From the NCBI GenBank assembly GCA_035275265.1, contig DATENC010000020.1:158744-222743 (forward strand): a DNA stretch of 64,000 nt, written 5' to 3'. A model generated the notes under the pieces. It saw only the letters and a list, made by a program, of their open reading frames with translations. It was not told the origin of the DNA and made no database searches. Positions 58,263-64,000 of the stretch are shown here, piece by piece. The position numbers were made by a program, and so were the translations under genes. Within the stretch, counting starts at the first letter, position 1, and every line of letters starts with the position of its first letter. Source of the stretch: Burkholderiales bacterium. Its GTDB lineage: Bacteria; Pseudomonadota; Gammaproteobacteria; Burkholderiales; JACQAP01.

Positions 58263-59282
58263 ATGATAAAACTGTGGATCCTCGTTGCTTTCGTTATTCT
58301 CGGCATAGTGGCGGACCCTGCGGCTGCGCAGCCGGAGAAGCCGGCCGTCACCATCGCGGTGGGCGGCAAGGCGTCGCTTTACTACCTGCCGCTGTCCCTC
58401 GCCGAACGGCTCGGCTACTTCGCGGACGAAGGCTTGAAGGTGGAAATCCTGGATTTCGCCGGCGGTGCCAAGTCTCTGCAGGCCATGATGGGGGGCAGCG
58501 CCGACGTCGTCTCCGGCGGTTTCGACCACGTCCTTGTAATGCGCGCGCGTGGGCAGAAACTCAAGGCATTCGTGCTGCAGATCGCCACGCCGGCGATTTC
58601 GCTTGGACTGGCGAAGAAGCACACGGCAAAGTTTCGCTCGCCGAAGGACCTCAGGCGCATGAAGATCGGCGTGACCGCGCCGGGATCCAGTACCCATGCG
58701 TTCGTCAACCATCTGCTGGCGTCAGTGGGTTTGACCTCCGACGACGTTTCCATCATCGGCGTGGGCTCGGGTCCGGGCGCTGCAGCTGCGATGCAGGCGG
58801 GACACCTCGACGCGATTGCCAACATCGAGCCGACTATCACGCTGCTGGAAAACTCCGGCACGATCCAGGTGATGGTGGAAACCGTGACGGTGCGGGGCGC
58901 GAAAGCGGTGTTCGGCAGTCCCTTGCCGGCGGGGTCGTTGTACACCCGCGAGGAGTTCGTCATGGCCAATCCAAAGACCGTGCAGGCGTTGACCAACGCG
59001 ATGGTGCGGGCGCTTAAGTGGCTGAACGCTGCTTCGGCCGAGGATGTCGCCAAGGCCGTACCGCCTGAGTATTTGCTGGGCGATCGCGCCCTGTACCTGG
59101 CTGCGCTAAAGAGAATGCGCGAAAGTTATGCGCAGGATGGCCTGTTCCCGCCAGCCGGGGTCGAAGCACAGCTCAAGGTGCTGATCGGTTTCGAGCCCGC
59201 GGTCCGGGAAGCGAAGGATCTGAACCCGGCGGATTCGTATACCAACGATTTCGTGCGCAAAGCTCTGCAAAAGTATCAATAG
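58263..59282 (+). CDS. ABC-transporter substrate-binding protein (NMT1/TauA/NrtA-like), orphan
   Basis: Signal peptide 'MIKLWILVAFVILGIVADPAAA', then 'YLPL.LAE.LGYF..EGL.VE..DF.GG......M..G.AD'. No adjacent permease or ATPase genes. Confidence 0.75.
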   Translation: MIKLWILVAFVILGIVADPAAAQPEKPAVTIAVGGKASLYYLPLSLAERLGYFADEGLKVEILDFAGGAKSLQAMMGGSADVVSGGFDHVLVMRARGQKLKAFVLQIATPAISLGLAKKHTAKFRSPKDLRRMKIGVTAPGSSTHAFVNHLLASVGLTSDDVSIIGVGSGPGAAAAMQAGHLDAIANIEPTITLLENSGTIQVMVETVTVRGAKAVFGSPLPAGSLYTREEFVMANPKTVQALTNAMVRALKWLNAASAEDVAKAVPPEYLLGDRALYLAALKRMRESYAQDGLFPPAGVEAQLKVLIGFEPAVREAKDLNPADSYTNDFVRKALQKYQ

Positions 59283-59491
59283 GTGGCAGGAAAAAATCCC
59301 ATGCGATACGGGGTGGATATCAACCGGCCTTAGCCTCAAAGGCGTTGACCTTACTTAAGGGCGCGAAGAAGAGGGGTGTGGACCGCTCGTGTCAGGCCGA
59401 TCTGGCACCCCTCTTGAGCCCTCCCGCGACACGTGATACGGTCGCGTTCCCTATCCGTCAACCCCCGGTCATCGAAGTGCCGAGGACGCGC

Positions 59492-59857
59492 ATGAAGTAT
59501 TCAATGAAAATCATAACCATGCTGTTGGCCGTTGCGCCCGTTACGGTGTTGGCACAAACTGCTCCCCAGACCGCCAAGGAAATTTTCGAACAAATGTGCG
59601 CCGGGTGCCACGGCACCTACGGCAACGGCCAGGAAGGGACTAAGAGCGGGTTCGTGCCGCGTATCGGCACGCTCGCCAACAAGGAATACATGGCGTCGGT
59701 GCCGGACGACTATCTCAAGATGATCATCAAGAAGGGCGGCGCCTACATGGGCAAGATCGCGGCCATGCCCGCCTGGGAGCAAAAATTCAACGACGAGAAG
59801 GTCGCTGAACTCGTCGTCCATATCCGCACCTTCACGGGAACGGAGGAAAAAAAATAG
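59492..59857 (+). CDS. class I c-type cytochrome
   Basis: Signal peptide 'MKYSMKIITMLLAVAPVTVLA', haem site 'CAGCHG', distal 'MPAW'. Confidence 0.8.
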   Translation: MKYSMKIITMLLAVAPVTVLAQTAPQTAKEIFEQMCAGCHGTYGNGQEGTKSGFVPRIGTLANKEYMASVPDDYLKMIIKKGGAYMGKIAAMPAWEQKFNDEKVAELVVHIRTFTGTEEKK

Positions 59858-59974
59858 AGATAAGAAAGATCCAGCCGGTCGAACGGCCAGGACATGCAGG
59901 TACGTCGTAGCGCAGTTGAAGTGGAATTCTGACGAAGCACATGCAGGGAATTCTAACCAGGAGGAGGAGAAGAA

Positions 59975-61636
59975 ATGAAAATTCTAAAATATGCAGCAGT
60001 AGTCGCGCTTGCAGTGGGGATCTTTCCCGGATCCGCTTTTGCGCAAGATCGCGCAAAGGCGGATCCGGGCGGTCCGGCCGGCAAATGGTCCACCCGCACG
60101 CCCGTCAAGCCCGATCCGAGCAAGATCAAGGTGCCCAAGGGCTACAAGGTCAGCGTGTTCGCAGCCGGCCTGGACACCATCACGTCCATCACGGTCGACA
60201 AGCAGGACAACGTCTGGGTCGCCATTTCTGGCAACACCTTCGGCTTCCCGCCGGAGGGCATCGACAAGCCGCATGTCAAAATTTTCGACAAGTCCGGCAA
60301 GCTCATCAAGGACAACGTCGGTTTGGGCGTGTTCAAGTCTTTTGCCCTGAATGAAATCGGGTTTTGCCCGGAGAACGGTCGCACCTATGTCGGCGACTAC
60401 AGCTACGGCATCTGGGAAATCGACGGGGTGAACGGCACGCCGAAGCTGATCATGAATGAGGTTCCGATCGGCGACCACGCGCTCGGCGGCATCACCTGCC
60501 GGGACGGCTGGTTATATTACGCGGTGGGTGCTCCAAGCAATTCGGGCTATGCGGACCCGAATATCCATGGCTGGACGGATGCGATCGACCCCTACTGGGA
60601 AAAACGCACGACGGACGGCATGCCGCCGCTGCCGCGCGATCCGCCCTGCCGCGACATCGTGCTGACGGGCCTGAACATCCGCGACACGGAAGGCAACCTC
60701 ACGGGCGCGTACCTGCCCAAGGGCACGCCGTCCAAGCCCGGCCAGGTCATCAAGGCGCAGAAGCCGTGCGGCGGCGCAATCCACCGCGCCAAGCTGAAGG
60801 CCGACAGCAGCTACAAGACCGACGACTGGGAAGTGTACGCAATGGGATTGCGCAACTCCTCCGGCGTCGCATTCGGCCCCAAGGGTTCGCGATTCGAGAA
60901 GGCGCTGGCGGTAAGCGACAACGGGCACAACGACAAGGGCAACCGGCGCGTCGCCAACGCCGCGGAACGGCTTTTCGTCTTTACCGAGAAGGGCCAGGAC
61001 GCGGGCTTCCCGGACAAGGACGGCGACAACTTCGTCAATATCAAGCGTTCCGGTCCGGACGTCTACCGCGGCAACAAGTACGACCCGACGCGGCCGAATC
61101 CCCAGCTGAACATCGGGGACAAGCCGTTCGTGCCGACCCTGCCGCCGTACCGGTTCATCGACCACTCTATCGGCGTGCGCGGCACGCCGCTGATCGTGGC
61201 CAACCCGAACCCGAACGGCTACATCAATCCTGTGCTCGAGTGGGACACCAACAACCCGATGGACGGGCTGGCATGGTCGAACGCGGGCTTCGAGGGCAAG
61301 CCGGGTGACGTGCTCTATACCGCGGTGTTTGGCATCATCGACAACGGGCCGGAAAGCCTGCGTCCGATGTGGCCGGCCGTCGTGCGTGTCGAGTTCCTGA
61401 ACCCGACGGGCGTGAAGTGGACGATCTTCGCCGAGAACATCGATCCGGGCCCCAACGCGTACCAGAAGCCGGAAAACCGCGGTGGCATGGAGCGTAGCAA
61501 CGATGTCGAGTTCAGCAACGACGGCAAGACGATGTACGTCGGTGACTACGGTGAACTCTATGTGAACTACCAGATGGAATCGCCGTTCTACACCACGCCG
61601 AAGTCCGCGGTGGTCTGGGCGATCACCAAGCAGTAA
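59975..61636 (+). CDS. periplasmic beta-propeller protein, PQQ-sugar-dehydrogenase-like
   Basis: Signal peptide 'MKILKYAAVVALAVGIFPGSAFA'. 'AMGLRNSSGVAFGP' and 'GDHALGGI' resemble sorbosone/glucose dehydrogenase blades. It lies directly downstream of a cytochrome c gene. Confidence 0.6.
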   Translation: MKILKYAAVVALAVGIFPGSAFAQDRAKADPGGPAGKWSTRTPVKPDPSKIKVPKGYKVSVFAAGLDTITSITVDKQDNVWVAISGNTFGFPPEGIDKPHVKIFDKSGKLIKDNVGLGVFKSFALNEIGFCPENGRTYVGDYSYGIWEIDGVNGTPKLIMNEVPIGDHALGGITCRDGWLYYAVGAPSNSGYADPNIHGWTDAIDPYWEKRTTDGMPPLPRDPPCRDIVLTGLNIRDTEGNLTGAYLPKGTPSKPGQVIKAQKPCGGAIHRAKLKADSSYKTDDWEVYAMGLRNSSGVAFGPKGSRFEKALAVSDNGHNDKGNRRVANAAERLFVFTEKGQDAGFPDKDGDNFVNIKRSGPDVYRGNKYDPTRPNPQLNIGDKPFVPTLPPYRFIDHSIGVRGTPLIVANPNPNGYINPVLEWDTNNPMDGLAWSNAGFEGKPGDVLYTAVFGIIDNGPESLRPMWPAVVRVEFLNPTGVKWTIFAENIDPGPNAYQKPENRGGMERSNDVEFSNDGKTMYVGDYGELYVNYQMESPFYTTPKSAVVWAITKQ

Positions 61637-61656
61637 ATCAGGTCGGTTATTTCGAT

Positions 61657-61688
61657 ACCGGCGGCTGCGGCCGCCGGTTTTTTATTTT
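61657..61688 (+). terminator. rho-independent terminator
   Basis: ACCGGCGGC (61657-61665) / GCCGCCGGT (61670-61678), loop TGCG, then TTTTTTATTTT. Confidence 0.8.
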
Positions 61689-61746
61689 GGGTTGCCCTGC
61701 AAGCTGTTCAGCGAGCCAGGGACACCGACAGCAATCCAATCCGGAA

Positions 61747-62199
61747 TTACCGGGGCATCCCGGTAACGTTCGCGCGCAATTCCACAAGGATCGGGTCCGA
61801 CGCCAGGTTTGCACCGTTCACCGTCACGGCGGCCGCGAACGTTCCGTCATCCAGCTCCCGCAGATTATGCAGGATGATCTGTTTGTGCTGGTGGATCATG
61901 CTGGCAAGCAAGGCATTGAGACGATCGCGCACGGCAACGGAAGCGACACCGACATGCATCTGTAAAATGCAATCGGGGCGCACCCGATAATGTGATTGCG
62001 CCAAAGGATCGAGCGATTCGATCCAGAACCGGCACCAGCCCGCCGACTCACAGCCGCGAAACCGAGCCTCCACCGCTGCGGGAGGTAATGGGGATTCCGC
62101 ACGGATTGTCGCCGGTGCGGACAACGACCCGAGTAATGCGACGCCGGCAGCGAGCAAAGTCGGTGTTGCTTTAGGCACGAAAAGCGTGCGGGGCCTCAT
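61747..62199 (-). CDS. hypothetical secreted protein
   Basis: Start at ATG 62199. Signal-like 'MRPRTLFVPKATPTLLAAGVALLGSLSAPATIRA'. No family recognised. Confidence 0.4.
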   Translation of the reverse strand: MRPRTLFVPKATPTLLAAGVALLGSLSAPATIRAESPLPPAAVEARFRGCESAGWCRFWIESLDPLAQSHYRVRPDCILQMHVGVASVAVRDRLNALLASMIHQHKQIILHNLRELDDGTFAAAVTVNGANLASDPILVELRANVTGMPR

Positions 62200-62379
62200 A
62201 TCAGGTTTTACTTTCGGCGGTGCAGGACCACCGTGTGATATAGCGCGCACGTTACAGCGCGGCAACGAATCTGGATGATTGCCCCGGTCGCGTTTCCGGC
62301 CGGTAGAATAGCAACCTGCCGGTCCCCCTCGGCAGGAAGTTTCCCTTGTTTTGCCGAACTATTTCCCCACATACGGTCC

Positions 62380-64000
62380 ATGTCCGAAAAGCACTCCGAG
62401 GCCATTCATATACATGGCGCCCGACAGAACAATCTGAAGAATCTCGACGTCGACCTACCCCTTAATGAACTCCTGGTGGTGACGGGAGTATCGGGGTCCG
62501 GGAAATCTTCGTTGGTATTCGATACGTTATATGCCGAGGGGCAGCGGCGCTATGTGGAGACGTTTTCTCCCTACGCGCGCCAGTTCCTCGACCGGATGGA
62601 CAAACCCCAGGTCGACCGCATCGACGGCATTCCACCGGCCATTGCCATCGACCAGACCAACCCGGTGCGCACATCGCGCTCGACCGTCGGGACGATGACC
62701 GAGCTGGCCGATTATCTGAAGCTGCTGTTCGCTCGCGCATCGCTGCTTTATTGCCGCGGTTGCGCTCGGCCGGTGCGCCGCGACAATCCCGATTCCATCT
62801 TCGACGATCTGCTGTCCAGGGCTCAGCGGTCCGGCGCTCCGCGGCTGATGATTACCTTCCCGGTCGACATTCCGAAAAATTTTTCCGAGGAAGAGATTCT
62901 CAAGCTGTTGGAGAGTCAGGGCTATACCCGCGTCCATTCGAAGTCCAAAGGGCGGCTTGAAGTCGTGCAAGACCGGCTGCGCATCGGGAATGTCGAGCGT
63001 GCCAGGGTGATCGAGGCGATTGAAGCCGCTTTGAGGGTCGGCAACGGCCACGTAAATATTTATCCAGTACCCGAAGGCGATCGGTCGGAATCCGCTCACC
63101 CCTCACCCCTCGTCCCTCATCCCTCAGCGCCGTGGCGCTATTCCACGGCGCTCCACTGCCCCGATTGCGATATTCACTATCGCGAGCCCAGCCAGAGCAC
63201 GTTCTCGTTCAACTCGCCGGTCGGCGCCTGCGACACCTGTCGCGGCTTCGGTCGTGTCATAGGCGTCGACTACGGTCTGGTGATCCCCGATGAATCGAAG
63301 ACGCTCGGTGGCGGTGCCGTGAAGCCCTGGCAGACGCAAAGTTTCAAGGAATGCCAGGACGATCTGGAAAAGTATGCGAAGAAGCGCGGCATTCCTCTCG
63401 ACAAACCCTGGCGGAACTTGAGTGCGGCACAAAAGAACTGGGTGGTCGACGGTGAGCCGGAGTGGGTGAGCTGGAAGAAGTCCTGGCCCGGCATCTGGTA
63501 TGGCGTGCAACATTATTTCGACTGGCTGGAAAGCAAGGCATACAAGATGCACATCCGCGTACTGCTGTCGCGCTATCGCGCGTACACGCCTTGCACGGTT
63601 TGCGAAGGCAGCCGCCTGAAGCCGGACGCGCTGTTGTGGCGGGTCGGCACCAAGCACGACGCGGATGCCGTGCTCGAGCCTGGAATGCGTTATCGCCCGA
63701 AGGACGTGGCATGGAGCGATACGCAACTGGAGCAGGTGCCCGGCCTGACGATCCATGACTTGATGCAATTGCCGGTGGATCGTTGCGCGCGCTTTTTCGC
63801 AGACGTCCATATGCCGTCGCTGCTCCTCGACGATGCAACGGCGTTGCTGATGGGCGAAACGCGCACGAGGCTTTCCTACCTGCAGGAGGTCGGCCTGGGC
63901 TACCTGACGCTCGATCGTCAGTCGCGGACGCTGTCGGGCGGCGAAGTTCAGCGCATCAACCTGACCACAGCGCTTGGCACTTCGCTTACCAACACCCTGT
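62380..64000 (+). CDS. UvrA-family ABC ATPase (UvrA paralogue-like), N-terminal 540 aa; 3' end outside window
   Basis: Not in the ORF track because there is no stop in the window. I translated it by hand from ATG 62380: 'IHIHGARQNNLKNLDVDLPLNELLVVTGVSGSGKSSLVFDTLYAEGQRRYVETFSPYARQFL', 'STVGTMTELADYLKLLFAR', Zn modules 'CPDC...C.TCRGFG' and 'CTVCEGSRL', ABC signature 'LSGGEVQRINL'. 'IAIDQTNPVRTSRST' differs from canonical UvrA 'ISIEQK..SHNPRST'. Confidence 0.85.
   Translation, partial: MSEKHSEAIHIHGARQNNLKNLDVDLPLNELLVVTGVSGSGKSSLVFDTLYAEGQRRYVETFSPYARQFLDRMDKPQVDRIDGIPPAIAIDQTNPVRTSRSTVGTMTELADYLKLLFARASLLYCRGCARPVRRDNPDSIFDDLLSRAQRSGAPRLMITFPVDIPKNFSEEEILKLLESQGYTRVHSKSKGRLEVVQDRLRIGNVERARVIEAIEAALRVGNGHVNIYPVPEGDRSESAHPSPLVPHPSAPWRYSTALHCPDCDIHYREPSQSTFSFNSPVGACDTCRGFGRVIGVDYGLVIPDESKTLGGGAVKPWQTQSFKECQDDLEKYAKKRGIPLDKPWRNLSAAQKNWVVDGEPEWVSWKKSWPGIWYGVQHYFDWLESKAYKMHIRVLLSRYRAYTPCTVCEGSRLKPDALLWRVGTKHDADAVLEPGMRYRPKDVAWSDTQLEQVPGLTIHDLMQLPVDRCARFFADVHMPSLLLDDATALLMGETRTRLSYLQEVGLGYLTLDRQSRTLSGGEVQRINLTTALGTSLTNTL
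63092..63127. repeat. single arm of the CTCNYCC heptamer repeat embedded in frame in the uvrA-like CDS
   Basis: CCGCTCACCCCTCACCCCTCGTCCCTCATCCCTCAG. The 17-mer CCCTCGTCCCTCATCCC (63107-63123) is identical to 53508-53524. It is translated as 'SAHPSPLVPHPS'. Confidence 0.8.

Noticed and set aside
62200-62379. LexA/SOS box upstream of the uvrA-like gene.
   Set aside because: No CTGT-N8-ACAG-type palindrome is present. Only a possible -10 hexamer (TAGAAT) was seen, without a well-spaced -35.

Overview
This is a GC-rich (by eye, not computed), densely coding proteobacterial chromosomal segment. I saw no rRNA, CRISPR array, integrase or transposase, and one tRNA, Thr(CGU). From the left: partial ileS, lspA, a small molybdopterin oxidoreductase and ispH. 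Next comes a six-gene minus-strand type IVa pilus minor-pilin operon: pilE-like, fimT/U-like, pilV, pilW, pilX and a very large pilY1. The rest is a mix of metabolic, redox and signalling genes. These include a paaG/paaF-like pair, two enolase-superfamily genes, two ketopantoate-reductase-like genes and two GSTs. They also include two GGDEF proteins, cytochrome bd, HiPIP, several c-type cytochromes, a split chromate transporter and an MFS transporter. The window ends in a partial uvrA-family gene.

Items that standard annotation does not explain:
- A tandem array of three intact and one degenerate ~140-aa HExxH paralogues (54.98-56.96 kb). I cannot place it in a family. It is my best candidate for something undescribed, but it is a paralogue array, not a demonstrated multi-gene system.
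- A family of hairpin-forming 7-8 nt tandem-unit repeats that abut stop codons, with a half-copy embedded in frame in the uvrA-like gene.
- A PilY1 enlarged by four Cys-bracketed modules plus a Ser/Thr/Pro linker.
- A gene-poor patch (18.7-23.7 kb) holding an orphan GDCCVxC gene, several unrecognisable ORFs and 1.3 kb with no credible ORF.

All calls rest on reading the supplied translations and the DNA. No database search, GC calculation or RNA folding was run.
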